Assembly (NCBI GenBank): GCA_965208575.1
Contig: CBDBOV010000006.1
Coordinates: 1,440,001 to 1,504,000 of the forward strand
Source: Spirochaetia bacterium
GTDB taxonomy: Bacteria; Spirochaetota; Spirochaetia; SZUA-6; Bin103
Length of the DNA: 64,000 nucleotides
Direction: 5' to 3'
Position numbers and translations under genes: made by a program. Shown piece by piece: positions 20,665 through 32,600 of this stretch. Below the pieces are notes generated by a model that did not search any database, was not told the DNA's origin, and saw only the letters and a list, made by a program, of their open reading frames with translations. Within the stretch, counting starts at the first letter, position 1. Each line of letters opens with the position of its first letter.

Positions 20665-21986
20665 GCAGCCCCCGCCGCCGTTCGTCCGGCGGACGGCCCG
20701 GATCCGAACTGGCAGGCACCCGCGGCGCGGCGGAGGCGGCCACTCCGCGGCAGCGCGCCGAACTGGTGCTGGCGAGCCGCGGCAGCGACCTGGCGCTGGC
20801 GCAGACGCGGCTGGTGGGCGAGGCGCTGGCCGCAGCCCATCCCGGCATCGGCTGGCGAATCCTCACGATCACCACTCGCGGCGACCGGAGCGCCGGCGCC
20901 GGATCCGGCGCCCCGCCACCGTCCGGCGCGGACACGATGCCGGGCAGTTTCCGGAAGGTGCCGGCCACGGCAAGGGAAGAGCGGCTGCCGCGAGCGCCCG
21001 GCGGTTCGGCGGGGACCACCGACGCCGCCGGGAGCGTGCCGTCCCGCGCCGGCCGGGATGCCCGTTCGGGACCGGCCGTTTCGGGACCGGCCGTGCGCCG
21101 AGGTGCGGCGCCGGGTCCGGGTCTGCCGTCGGCCGGCGAGCGGGCGGTCACCGGAAGCGGGCTGGCGGCAATGGCGCGCGTCAGCCCCGGGGTATTCACT
21201 GCCGAGGTGGCGGCGGCGGTGGCGCGTGGGGATGCGGTCGCGGCCGTGCACTCTCTCAAGGATCTGCCGCTGGACGGCCGGGACCGCCTGTACCTGGCCG
21301 CCATCCCGCCGCGCGCGGCGCCCGGTGACGTTCTGGTTGCGGCGGACCGGTGGGTAGATGCCGCCGCGCCCCTGGGGCTGCGCGGCGGAGCCACGGTCGG
21401 CACCAGTTCGCCGCGGCGGGCGGCCCTGCTGCGCACCTTTGCCCCGCAGGCGCGCGTGGTAGAGGCGCGCGGCAACGTGCCGACCCGCCTGCGGCGCTGC
21501 CGCGACGGCAAGCTGGCCGCGGTGGTGCTGGCGCGGGCGGGCCTGGAGCGGCTGGACGCGTCGCTCGCCGGTCTGCGCCTGCTGCCGTTGCCGCCGGAAC
21601 ACTGGCACCCGGCCCCGGGCCAGGGGGCGCTTGCGGTGCAGGCACGCCGCGATGACGCCGCCGCGGACCTGCTGGCCGCGCTCGACCATGCCTCCACGCG
21701 CACCGCGGTGGAGCTGGAGCGCGCCGTGCTGCGCGCCCTCGGAGGCGGCTGCGCGGCGCCATGCGGGGCCTGGGCCCGGAGCGGCGGCGACGGCGACTGG
21801 GAGCTGCACTACGGCATCGCCGCCGCCGACGGCCGCGGCTGGCGGTCGTACCGCCTGCGCGGCACCGCCGCCGGCTGCCGGCGCGCACTCGAGGCGTGGG
21901 CTGCCGGCGGACCGCCGCCAGGCGACGAGGTGCCGGCGGAGGCGGCGCGCGCCGGACTCGGAGCAGTACTATTCGGTACGACATGA
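20661..21986 (+). CDS. hemC: Hydroxymethylbilane synthase with a large loop insertion
   Basis: SRGSDLALAQ, TRGD, AVHSLKDLP, VGTSSPRR, RGNVPTRL, PAPGQGAL, GGGCAAP. Confidence 0.9.
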   Translation: MSSPRRRSSGGRPGSELAGTRGAAEAATPRQRAELVLASRGSDLALAQTRLVGEALAAAHPGIGWRILTITTRGDRSAGAGSGAPPPSGADTMPGSFRKVPATAREERLPRAPGGSAGTTDAAGSVPSRAGRDARSGPAVSGPAVRRGAAPGPGLPSAGERAVTGSGLAAMARVSPGVFTAEVAAAVARGDAVAAVHSLKDLPLDGRDRLYLAAIPPRAAPGDVLVAADRWVDAAAPLGLRGGATVGTSSPRRAALLRTFAPQARVVEARGNVPTRLRRCRDGKLAAVVLARAGLERLDASLAGLRLLPLPPEHWHPAPGQGALAVQARRDDAAADLLAALDHASTRTAVELERAVLRALGGGCAAPCGAWARSGGDGDWELHYGIAAADGRGWRSYRLRGTAAGCRRALEAWAAGGPPPGDEVPAEAARAGLGAVLFGTT

Positions 21987-23269
21987 ATACAGAATCTGAT
22001 CGAACGCTGACGCGTTCGGAGCGGCTCTACGCGCGCGCACGGGGGCTGATGCCGGGCGGCGTCAACAGCCCGGTGCGGGCGTTCGGTGCGGTCGGCGGCA
22101 CGCCGGTGTTCTTCGCCTCCGCGCGCGGCAGCAAGGTGCGCGACGCGGACGGCCGCGAGTACGTCGACTTCTGCCAGTCGTGGGGGCCGCTGATCCTCGG
22201 CCACGCCGAGCCGGCGGTGGTCGGCGCCGTGCAGCGCGCGGCGGAGCGGGGCCTGTCGTTCGGCGCCTGCCACGCGGCGGAGGCCGACCTCGCGGCGATG
22301 ATCGTGGACGGCTACGAGGGCGCCGAACGGGTGCGGCTGGTGAGCTCCGGCACCGAGGCGGTAATGACCGCCATGCGCATCGCCCGCGGCGCCACCGGGC
22401 GGCCGCTCATCGTCAAGTTCGAAGGCGGCTACCACGGCCATCACGACAGCTTGCTGGTGAAGGCGGGATCGGGCCTCGCCACCACCGGGCTGGCCAGTTC
22501 CGCCGGCGTGCCGGAGCGCATCGCCGGCGCCACGGTGGTGGCCCGCCTGGACGACGAGGAGTCGGTGAGCGCGGTGTTTGCCGCCCACGGCGAGGCGATC
22601 GCCGCGGTCATCGTGGAGCCGGTGCCGGCCAACAACGGGCTCCTGTTGCAGCGCGGCGCATTCCTGGATCACCTGGCCGCGGAGACCCGCCGCGCGGGCG
22701 CGTTGCTGATCGCGGACGAGGTGATCGCCGGGTTCCGCCTGCGCTACGGCGCATCGCCCGCCGCCGCGCGCCTGCAGCCCGACCTGGTGACGCTCGGCAA
22801 GATCATCGGCGGGGGCATGCCGATCGGCGCGGTCGCCGGGCGTGCCGGGCTGCTGGAGCAACTCGCCCCGGTCGGCGCGGTGTACCAGGCGGGCACCCTG
22901 AGCGGCAACCCGCTGTCGGTCGCGGCCGGCGTCGCCACGCTGGATGCCCTGACCGACCGCGCCCGCTACGCCGAGCTGGAACGGCTGGGCGCCGCCGTCG
23001 AGCAGGCGCTGCGCGCCGCCGCCCCGCCCGGCCTGCAACTGGTGCGCAGCGGATCGATGCTGTGGCCCTACTACGGATCCGGCCGCCCGCGCGCCGCGCA
23101 CCAGGTCGCCGACGCCGCGATCGAGCGTTTCAACCGCGCCTACGACGGCTTCCTGGAGCGCGGCCTGTACCTGCCGCCGTCCGGCTACGAGGTGGGCTTC
23201 CTGTCCACCGCCCACACGGCGGACGAGTGCCGGATGCTGGCCGACGCGCTGCTCGCAGCCACAGCGTAG
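21983..23269 (+). CDS. hemL: Glutamate-1-semialdehyde 2,1-aminomutase
   Basis: MPGGVNSPVRAF, SGTEA, LGKIIGGG, YQAGTLSGNP. Confidence 0.95.
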   Translation: MNTESDRTLTRSERLYARARGLMPGGVNSPVRAFGAVGGTPVFFASARGSKVRDADGREYVDFCQSWGPLILGHAEPAVVGAVQRAAERGLSFGACHAAEADLAAMIVDGYEGAERVRLVSSGTEAVMTAMRIARGATGRPLIVKFEGGYHGHHDSLLVKAGSGLATTGLASSAGVPERIAGATVVARLDDEESVSAVFAAHGEAIAAVIVEPVPANNGLLLQRGAFLDHLAAETRRAGALLIADEVIAGFRLRYGASPAAARLQPDLVTLGKIIGGGMPIGAVAGRAGLLEQLAPVGAVYQAGTLSGNPLSVAAGVATLDALTDRARYAELERLGAAVEQALRAAAPPGLQLVRSGSMLWPYYGSGRPRAAHQVADAAIERFNRAYDGFLERGLYLPPSGYEVGFLSTAHTADECRMLADALLAATA

Positions 23270-23422
23270 GACCCTCCACCCGCGGCGGCGTGTGGCGCCG
23301 GCGCCACCCGAACCCGGCGGGTGGCAAGGCAACGCGCCCCGCGACAGCCGGGGCGCGGCCATTCGCCATGTCCCGGCCGCAGGCGCGAGTTGCGTTCGCC
23401 GGCGGAGGGTGCGCCGACCGGG

Positions 23423-24253
23423 TTACCGGGCGGCGCCCGCCGCTTGCGGCGCGGCCGCCGGCGCGGCCTCGGGGGCGGGTGTATGCGCCGTGAACACCGT
23501 GCGCCGGTCCGGGTCGTGGATCAGCGTGGACAGCGGCAGGCGGCCGTTGCCGACGATTACCTCGATGCCGCGCGCGGTCATGCGTTCGGCGGCCACCACC
23601 TTGGAGTACATGCCGCCGAGCCCGACCGGCGACGGGCCGCCCCAGGCCAACGCCTTCACCTCGTCGGTGACCGCCGCCACGAGCGGTACCAGGGTGTCCG
23701 AGTGGCCGCCGTTGCCGTCGCCGCGGCGGCGCATCAATCCGTCCACGTTGGTCAGCAGCAGCGCCTGGTCGACGTGCAGCCGCTCGGCGACCAGGGCGGC
23801 GAGAATGTCGTTGTCGGTAAAGTGGCCGCGGTGTTCCAGCTCTTCCTTGTTGACCACGTCGTTCTCGTTGATGATCGGTACGATGCCGCGCTCCAGGTAC
23901 GCCTCCAGCAGCCGGCTTACCGTGCGCTCCTCGCCCGGCGAGGCGAAGTTGTGGTGGGTCAGCAGCAGTTGCGCGGTCTGCCGGCCGTAGTAGCCCAGGT
24001 AGTCGCGGTAGTACTTCATCAGCCGGGTCTGGCCGATGCCGGCGAGCAGTTGCAGTTCCAGCGTCTCGCTCGGGCGCTCGCGGTGCTCGGTGACCTCCAT
24101 GCCGGCGGCCACCGCGCCGGAGCTGACCAGCACGATGCGGTCGCCGGCGTCCATCAGCGCGGCGATCTCCGTGCACTTGGACACCAGGAACACGTGATCG
24201 AGCCGCCCGGACGGGCTGATCAGGGCGCTGCCGATCTTGATCAGCCGGGTCAC
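23423..24253 (-). CDS. proB: Glutamate 5-kinase (no PUA domain)
   Basis: IKIGSAL, VSSGAV, IINENDV, DND, GGMYSKV. GTG start at 24253. Confidence 0.92.
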   Translation of the reverse strand: MTRLIKIGSALISPSGRLDHVFLVSKCTEIAALMDAGDRIVLVSSGAVAAGMEVTEHRERPSETLELQLLAGIGQTRLMKYYRDYLGYYGRQTAQLLLTHHNFASPGEERTVSRLLEAYLERGIVPIINENDVVNKEELEHRGHFTDNDILAALVAERLHVDQALLLTNVDGLMRRRGDGNGGHSDTLVPLVAAVTDEVKALAWGGPSPVGLGGMYSKVVAAERMTARGIEVIVGNGRLPLSTLIHDPDRRTVFTAHTPAPEAAPAAAPQAAGAAR

Positions 24254-25530
24254 GTGACCAGCTCCTCGAACTGGTAGGAGCGGGCGCCGCTCTCGTAGTC
24301 GGCCACCACCTGGCCCGACCCGCGCACCTGGTACTTGTAGGTGACCAGCCCGTCCAGCCCCACCGGGCCGCGGGCGTGCACGCGGTTGGTGGAGATGCCC
24401 ACCTCGGCGCCCATGCCGAACCGAAAGCCGTCCGCAAAGCGGGTGGAGGCGTTCCACAGCACGGTGGCCGAATCGACCCGGGCCAGGAAGCTCTCGGCCG
24501 CCGCCGCGTCGGCGGTGACGATGGTGTCGGTGTGGTGGCTGCCGTGCGCGTTGATGAACTCGACCGCTTCGTCCAGGCCGCCGACCACCTTGATGGCCAG
24601 CACCAGGTCCAGGTACTCGGTATCCCAGTCGGCGTCGCTGCACGGCGCCGCTTCGATGAGCGCGCGCGCGGCCGCGTCGCCGCGCAGCTCGACGCCGGCA
24701 TCCCGCAACGCGGCCGCCGCCGCCGGCAGGAAGCGCGGCGCGATCGCCTCGTGCACGAGCAGCGTCTCGGCCGCGTTGCACACCGCCGGATACTGGGTCT
24801 TGGCGTCGCGGATGATGCGCGCGGCCATCGCGGCGTCGGCGCCGGCGTCGACGTACACGTGGCAGATGCCGTCGGCGTGACCCATCACCGGGATACGCGT
24901 GGCGTCCTTGATGGCGCGCACCAGTTCGTTGCTGCCGCGCGGGATGATCAGGTCGACCAGGTCGTCGAGGGCGAGCAGCGACTGGATCTCGGCGCGCGTC
25001 TCGGCCAGGTGCAGGGCGCCGGCGAGCGCCGCATCCTCGCGCAGCGCCGCGTCGATGGCGTCGAACAGCGCGGCATTGGTGCGGCTCGCCTCCGAGCCAC
25101 CCTTGAGGATGGCGGCGTTGCCCGACTTCAGGCACAGCGTGGCGATCTGTACCAGCGCGTCGGGGCGCGATTCAAACACAATGCCCAGAACGCCGATCGG
25201 CACCGCGATCCGGGTCAGCACGAAGTCGTGGTCCAGGCGCCGCCGCCACTGGATCTCGCCGGCCGGGTCGGGCAGCGCGATCAGTTGCCGCACCCCCTCC
25301 ACCACGCCGGTGAACTTCTTCTCCAGGCCGAGCCGCTGGATCAGCGGCGCCGCCACGCCGGCGCCGGCCGCGTGCTCCAGGTCCTCCCGGTTGGCGGCCA
25401 GGATCGTCTCGCGCCGCGCCTCCAGGCTGGCGGCGATGCGCTCCAGGGCGGCGTTCTTGGCCGCCGTCGAGGCGGTGGCCAGCCGCCGGCTGGCGATGCG
25501 GGCCGCCTCGGCCATCTCGCGTACCGTCAT
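24250..25530 (-). CDS. proA: Gamma-glutamyl phosphate reductase
   Basis: FESRPD, CNAAETLL, NASTRFADG, HARGPVGL. Confidence 0.96.
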   Translation of the reverse strand: MTVREMAEAARIASRRLATASTAAKNAALERIAASLEARRETILAANREDLEHAAGAGVAAPLIQRLGLEKKFTGVVEGVRQLIALPDPAGEIQWRRRLDHDFVLTRIAVPIGVLGIVFESRPDALVQIATLCLKSGNAAILKGGSEASRTNAALFDAIDAALREDAALAGALHLAETRAEIQSLLALDDLVDLIIPRGSNELVRAIKDATRIPVMGHADGICHVYVDAGADAAMAARIIRDAKTQYPAVCNAAETLLVHEAIAPRFLPAAAAALRDAGVELRGDAAARALIEAAPCSDADWDTEYLDLVLAIKVVGGLDEAVEFINAHGSHHTDTIVTADAAAAESFLARVDSATVLWNASTRFADGFRFGMGAEVGISTNRVHARGPVGLDGLVTYKYQVRGSGQVVADYESGARSYQFEELVT

Positions 25531-25541
25531 GCTCCTCGTTT

Positions 25542-26330
25542 TCACTCCCCCAGCTCGCGGCTGCGCGCGGTCGCCGCGGCAACGGTGCGCTCCAGCGCCG
25601 TGCGTACCGCGCCCGCCTCCAGTTCGCGGCGTCCGGCGACGGTGGTACCGCCCGGCGAACTGACCATGTCGACCAGCGCGGCGGGCGCCATCCCCTGCCG
25701 CTGCATGAGCAGCGCGGTGCCGAGCGCGGTCTGCACCGACAGTGCCGCCGCCACTTCCGGAGCGAGTCCCTGCTGCACCCCGGCGGCGCTCAGCCACTCG
25801 ACGAAGCGCGCGAAGTAGGCGGGCCCCGATCCGCTCAGGCCGGTCACCGCGTCGAGCTGCTCCTCCGGAACCTCGATCGCCACGCCGGCGGCCGCCAGCA
25901 GGCGGGTCACCAGGGCCCGGTCGTCGTTGCCGACGCCGGCGCCGAGCGCGAATCCCGCCGCCATGGCGCCGACCAGGCAGGGCGTGTTCGGCATCACCCG
26001 CACCAGCCGCGCGCGCGGCAGCCGGGCGCCAAGCGCGGCCAGCGAGACGCCGGCCAGGATCGAGATGATCAGCGCGCCTGAGTCCTCCAGGCCGGCGGTG
26101 GCGGCGCGCACGTCCTGCGGCTTGACCGCCAGGAAGGTAGCGTCCGCCGCACCGCTCACGGCGCCTGCTTCGCCGGCGACGGTGACCCCGTCGAACTCGC
26201 TTCGGAACAGCTCGCAGCGCTCGGCCAGCTTGTCGTACACGACAATCCGCGTCGCGAGGCCGGCGCGCTGCAGGCTCCCGGCCAGTGCGAACCCCATGTT
26301 GCCGGCCCCTATGAATCCGATGGTGCTCAC
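25542..26330 (-). CDS. proC: Pyrroline-5-carboxylate reductase
   Basis: GFIGAGNMG, RVMPNTP, SGSGPAY, SPGGTT. Confidence 0.96.
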   Translation of the reverse strand: MSTIGFIGAGNMGFALAGSLQRAGLATRIVVYDKLAERCELFRSEFDGVTVAGEAGAVSGAADATFLAVKPQDVRAATAGLEDSGALIISILAGVSLAALGARLPRARLVRVMPNTPCLVGAMAAGFALGAGVGNDDRALVTRLLAAAGVAIEVPEEQLDAVTGLSGSGPAYFARFVEWLSAAGVQQGLAPEVAAALSVQTALGTALLMQRQGMAPAALVDMVSSPGGTTVAGRRELEAGAVRTALERTVAAATARSRELGE

Positions 26331-26625
26331 CGTCGGGAGAACTTATAGCAGGCCGATGCCGCAAGGCAACGCACCCACAAGGCGACAGGGCGACGCCGCG
26401 CGGGCGCAGGTGGCGGCGCTCCCTGGAGCCCGCCCCGGAAGCGGGACCTCTTCCGAGAGCGGCCGGAGCGCGCCGCCTGCCAGGAATACGTCGCCACGGG
26501 GAGGCGGACGAAAGATTCTCGCAGGGCTCGATCTGGCGGGGCACGGACGCCCGAGAGGTCCGTCTGCGACTGGACGCGCACGGAGCTGGCATCCTGCCTG
26601 AGGATGACGATTCGGCCCCGTTCGG

Positions 26626-29600
26626 TCACCAGCTCGCGGTCAGGGTCAGCCCGAGGCCGTGCTCGGGATGGTGGCCGCCGGACTCCCTGCGCGTCGCCTC
26701 GATGCCGAACTCGAACGCCGCCGGGGCGGGCTGCGCCAGGCCCAGCCGCACGCCGAGCGTATAGTCGCGGCTCGTCTCCGACAGGCCGAACCCGAACTCC
26801 GGCGTCAGGGTGAAGCGGTCGCCGGCCGCCGCGAAGCCGTAGCCGGCGCGCAGGTCCAGGCGGGCGCGGGCCAGGCCGTGTTCGGCGGCGGCGAGGCCGG
26901 CCAGGGTCGACCGCCCGAGCAGCGCCTGGCTGCCGCCGGTGGCCGCGGCGCCCATGGTCTGGGTGACGCTCAGCGACGGTCCCCGGTCGGAGGCCGGGTC
27001 CGAGTCCCAGGCGAGCGACCCGGACAGGCCGAGGTCGCGGAAGCCGTCGAACTCGGCGGTCAGCAACCCGCGCGCCGCCACCTGCGCCGACAGCCCGAGC
27101 GCCGGGGCCGACCAGGCCAGCCCGCCGCCCACGTCCATCCCGTAGCCGGTCTCCGCGTCACCGCCGTCGTGGCGCACCCCGACCGCGACCGTCGGCTCCA
27201 CCGTGCCGCCGCGCCCGAGCCCGATCCGGTAGCCGCCGTCGAGCCCCAGCCTGATCCGGGTGGCGTCCGCCTGCGTCTCCGCCAGCCCGGGCGCCGCCGC
27301 GGAGCTGGTGCGCACCCAGTAGGCGTCGGTCTCGATGGCCAGCGAGAAGCCGCTCCCGGCGGTCGGCTCCACCAGCCGCCCGCGCGCGCCGAGCGCCGCC
27401 AGCACCAGCGACAGGTCGGTCTCCAGCGCCGCCGCCCCCGCGGGCGTGAGCGTGAGCCCGCCCAGCCCCAGGCCGCCGGCCGCCCACACGGTCAGCCGCT
27501 CGCTCAGGTCCACCCCCAGGTAGGGGTGCGCGGCGGTCAGCGTGCTCGCCACCGTCCCGGCGCCGGCGGCGGCCCGGTAGCTGCCGTCACCGCGTGCATG
27601 CGACAGCATCACCCCGCCGAGCCACGCTCCGGAGGCCACCTCCGCGCCGAGCAGCGCCGTGGTCACCTCGCCCTCCACGCTCAGGCTCCCCTCGCGCCCC
27701 TCGAACCGCGACCACCCGCCGCGGCCCCACAGCGCCGCCGCCGGCCGCTCCTGCGCCGCCGCAGAGGTCACCGAGAACGCGCTGCCGGCCAGCAGCTCGC
27801 CGCCGCTCATCGTACGCGGCTGCTCCGGCCTGCCCGCCAGCCAGCGCGCCAGCTCCTGGTCGGCAAGCCGCGCCGATTCGTCGGCGTCGAGGCCGCCGCC
27901 GCCGGCGAGCTCCTGCCCGGCGATCCGCGCCTGTCCACCGCCGCCGCGCGGCGCCGCCAGCCGCTCCCCGACCGCGTCCACCACCTGCTCGGCCAGCGTG
28001 CGCCCGAAGCGCGCCAGCCACGCCCGCGGCATCGGGTCGGTGTTGACGATCGTGCCGGTCGCCTCGCCGTCGCCGATGCGCGCGCCGGTGGCGCTCGACA
28101 GCCTCAGCGTGAAGGTCTCCTCGCCTTCGTCATGGCTGTCGTCGAGGATGGCGACGCTCACCGTCTTGACCCGCTCGCCCGCGGTGAAGGTCAGCGTGCC
28201 GCTCGCCGCCGTGTAGTCCTCGCCCGCCGTCGCCGACCCGTCGGCGGTCGCGTAGTCCACCGTCACCCGGTGCCCGGCGCCGGCGAACGCGCGGCTCAAG
28301 GAGACCTCGAACGCCGCCGCCGCGTCCGCACCCTCGTTCGCCCGCGCGTCCGCCACCGAGATGTCCGGGCGCCAGTCCACCTTGTGGCCGGCGTCGTGGC
28401 CGAGACCGGTGTGGCCGAGCGCCGCGTTCGCGCCCGTCGCAGCGGAGCGGATCGTGCCGCCGTCGAGCCCGAGGGAGTTGGCGAGCACCGCGATCCCCTG
28501 CGACGAGTAGTTCGGCTCCACCACCGTGTGGGCGAAGGTGAGGCTGCTCGTGCCGTCGCCGCTCTCGTAGGCCGCCTGCTTCTCGCCCCACTCCGCCGGG
28601 TCCATGTCGATCGAGAGTTTCGGACTGCCGGTCACGGTCACCGCCTCGCTGAAGGTCAGCGCCACCCGGATGGTCTCGCCGAAGCCGTAGGTGGCGTCCT
28701 CGCCCGGCTCCGACGTTACCGCAACTCCGGTCACCGACGGAGGTCCGCCGCTCCCGCTCGCGCCCTTCGCGCCGCCGCTGCCCCCCGCGCCGCCCGGCGC
28801 CGCCTGCCCGTCGACCATGTGGGCCGGGTCGTGCCCCAGACCCGCATGGGCGAGCGCCGCGTTCTCCCCGGCCGTCAACGCGGACTCGATCGCGCCGCCA
28901 TTGAGCTCCAGCGTGTTCGCGAGCACTGCCACGCCCGCGCTTGAGGCGTCGCCCCGCGCCACCGTGTAGGCGAACTCCAGCGTCTTGGTGCCGCTGCCTT
29001 CCTCGTAGTCCGCCCACCGCTCGTCCCCGGTCGCGGAACTGAAGTCGATCCGCACCCGCGGTGTCCCGGTCACCGCAACCGCCTTGCTGAAGGTCAGCCG
29101 GACCCGGATCTTCTCGCCCAGCCCGTAGGTGGCGTCGCCGCCCGCGGCCGACGACACCGCAACCGCCGTCACCGCCGGCGCCACCCCGGTGAGGTTACTC
29201 AAGCTGATGTACCGTGTCTGCTTCCCCCCGTTCGCGTGACGTGGAGTCCTCACCGGGTTGCCGGCAACGTCGCGAAGCGCCTTGGCGGCGGGGGCGACGG
29301 GTTTCCAGTAGTACACATCGGCACGCAGGCCTGCTCTTGCCCGTCTAACGTCCAATCCGACCGTCACCGTGTTGCCGCTGATCTCCACCTTCCCTCTCGC
29401 ACGAGCTGTGTGCCAGGAGTTCCTCACGATCTCCAGACTCACCACGAAGCTGCCCCCTATCGAGTCCGGGTCGAGCGTCTCGCTGAAGTAGAGGGTCATC
29501 GTCCCGCCGTCGACCTCGCCCCGTACCAGCGTCGGCGGCGTAGTATCCCCGGCGTTAGCCACCAACTCGCCGGCGAAACTCGCCGCCTCGTTGCCGACGG

Positions 29601-32600
29601 CGTCCCGCAGCCGGTTGCCGGTTCCCGAGGTGGGCCTGGCGTAGCTCACCTTCACGTTCGTGTCGGTTTCCAGCACCGCGCTCGCCAGGGTGAGGGTCAC
29701 CATGGCGCCGTCGATGGCGGGCTTCCCGGTCAGGGTCACGGTCTGCTCGCCGCCCCCCTGCGGCGTCTTCTTCACCGTGAACGGGCCGTTCGTCAGCGAT
29801 GCAGCCGCGCCGAGGGGTTCGTTGAACGCGAGCGTCAGCTTCGTCCCGGCCACGACCTTACCGTACAGTGCGGGAGGTGTGGCGTCCGCCAAGGTACCGG
29901 CCACCTTGTGGGACAGGTTGTGGGCCAGGCCGCCGTGCGCCAGGTTCGCGTCCCTGCCCTTCAACACGCCGCGGATCGCGCCGCCATTGAGTTCCAGCGT
30001 GTTCGCGAGCACCGCCACGCCCGCGTTCGAGGTATCGGCCTGCGCCACCGTCCAGGCGAACACCAGCGTCGCGACGCCGCTGCTACGCTCGTAGTCCGCC
30101 CACTTCTCGGCTCCGGCCCCGGAGCCGAGATCGAGCTTCAGCCGCGGCGTACCCGTCACGGTCACCGGCGCGTGGAACGTCACCGTCACCCGGACGATCT
30201 CGCCCCGCGCGTAGGTCCGGTCGTCGCCCGCGTCCGAAGAGACGGCCACGCCGGTGACCGACGGATCCCCGGTCACGTTGTCCAATCCCAAGCTTCCTGT
30301 GCTCAAACGGCACCCGCTAGCCTCGCACACTTGGGCCGGAGTCCTCAGCAGGTTGCCGGCACGGTCCCGGAGCCGACTTGCGCTGCCCCTCGGCGGTATG
30401 TCCCATTGCTCGGGCGGTATGTACTCAACGTAGTTACTTGGCAGGCCTGTCTTCGTCCGCGGCTTGCCTTCGCCCAAGCCGACCGTCACCACATTGCCGC
30501 TGATCGCCACATCCCCCGTGGCATCAACGGTCTGAACACGCCGAGGCGAGGTCTGCACAATCACCCGAAACGTGCCCCCCACATAGCGCGGGTCCATCGG
30601 CTCGCTGAAATAGAGGGTCACCGTTCCGCCGTCGATCTCGCCCCGCACCAGCCGCGGTGGCGTGGTGTCCGCGCCGAAGTTGGTTACCGGCTCGTCGGCG
30701 AACCCCGCCACCTCGTTGCCGGCGGTGTCCCGCAGCCGGCCGCCCGTCCCCGAGTCTGACCGGCGGTAGCTCACCTTGACGTCCCGGTCGGTGCCGCGCA
30801 CCGCCTCTGCCAGGGTCAGGGTTACCGTCGCGCCCTCGATGGCGGGCGTCCCGCTCAGCCCCACCGTCTCCCCGGCGCCCGCAGGCGGCGTCCTCTTCAC
30901 CGTGAACGCGCCGCTCGACGGCGGTGCCTCTGCGTCTATGGTCTCGTCGAAGGAAAGCGTCAGCTTCGTGCCGGCCACCGCCGTCGCGGACAGCCGCGGC
31001 GGCCTCATGTCCGGCGTCCCGTCCACCTTGTGGACCGGGTCGGGTGCGAGGCCGACGTGCGCCAAGTCCGCGTCCTTGCTCCTCGCCGCGGCGCGGATGC
31101 TGCCGCCGTTGAGTGCCAGCGTGTTCGCCAGCACCGCCACCCCCGCCCCCGATGCGTCACCCAGCGCCACCGTCCAGGCGAACGACAGCGCCGCCGTGCC
31201 GCCGCCGCTCTCGTAGACCGCCCACCGCTCGGCCCCGGCGCCGAGGTCGAGCTTCAGGCGCGGCGTGCCCGTCACGTTCACCGCCTCGCTGAAGGTCAGC
31301 CGCACCCGGACGGTCTCGCCGAGCGCATAGGTGGCGTCCCCGTCCGCGACCGACGTCACCGCAACCCCCGTCACCGCGGGCGTCGCCACCGTGACATTGT
31401 CAAGGTTCAAGATGCGCGTGCGGCTGCGCCCGCCGGGGTGCGCCGACGGCGTCTCCACCGGGTTGCCGCTCAGGTCCCGCAACCCCCCGGACGCGGGGAC
31501 GAGCGGCGCGAGGTAGTACGCATAGTTCATCTCCGTCAGGCCCGCCCGCGCCCGCGGCCTGCCCGCGCCCACCCCCACCTTTACCACCGCGCCATCGATC
31601 GCCACCGCGCCGGTGGCGAAGAACGACGTCACGTCGTTGGCCGAGGTCTGCACCTGGACATGGAACGCGCCGCCGGCCGCGTCCGGGTCCAGCGCCTCGC
31701 TGAAGAACAGAGTCACCGTGCCGCCGTCGATCTCGCCCCGCAGCAGCCGCGGCGGCGTGCTGTCGGGTGCCGGCGCGGTGACGTTGGCAAGCGCCATGCG
31801 CACGTAGCGCCACTCCACCCCGTCGCCGACCGGCAGCACATCGGGCGCCGTGACCAGGTTGCCGGCCAGGTCGCGCAGCGCCCCGCCGCCGCCGTCGGCG
31901 CGCCGGATGTAGAGCACGCGGTTGTGGTCGAGCCGGCCCGCCTCCGCCCGCGGGTTGCCCGCGCCGAGCCCGACCGTCACCACGTTGCCGTCGACCGACA
32001 CCGGGCCGGCGGCGTCGAAGTTGGACGTGAGCCTGGCCGTGGACAGGTCCACCATGAACCGGCCCCCGGTCGAGTCCGGGTCCAGCGCCTCGCTGAAGAA
32101 CAGCCGCATCGTGCCCCCGTCGACCTCTCCCCGCAGCAGGCGCGGCGGCGTGGTGTCGCGCGCCGTGCCGCCGTCCGTCGAGATCCGCCAGTCCACCTTG
32201 TGCGCCGCATCGTGCGCCAAGCCCCCGTGGCCCAGCGCCGCGTCCGCACCGGACGCCGAGCGGATCGTCCCGCCGCCGGGCGCCAGGGTGTTGGCGAGCA
32301 CCGCGACGCCCTCGGTCGACAGGTTCGGCTCCACCACCGTGTGCGCGAAGACCAGCACCGCCGTCCCGCTGCCGCCGGCGTAGAGCGCGCGCTTCTCACC
32401 CCAAGCCGCCGGGTCCATGTCGATCGAGAGCCGCGGCGTCCCACCGGTCGTGTCCACCGCCACCGCCTCGGTGAAGGTCACCGTCACCCGGATCGTCTCG
32501 CCACCCGCGTAGGTGGTGTCCGCGCCGGCGTCCGACGTCACCGCCACGCCGCTCACCCTCGGTGCGCCCGCGGACGCGGCCGGCACCGCCCCGAGCGGCG

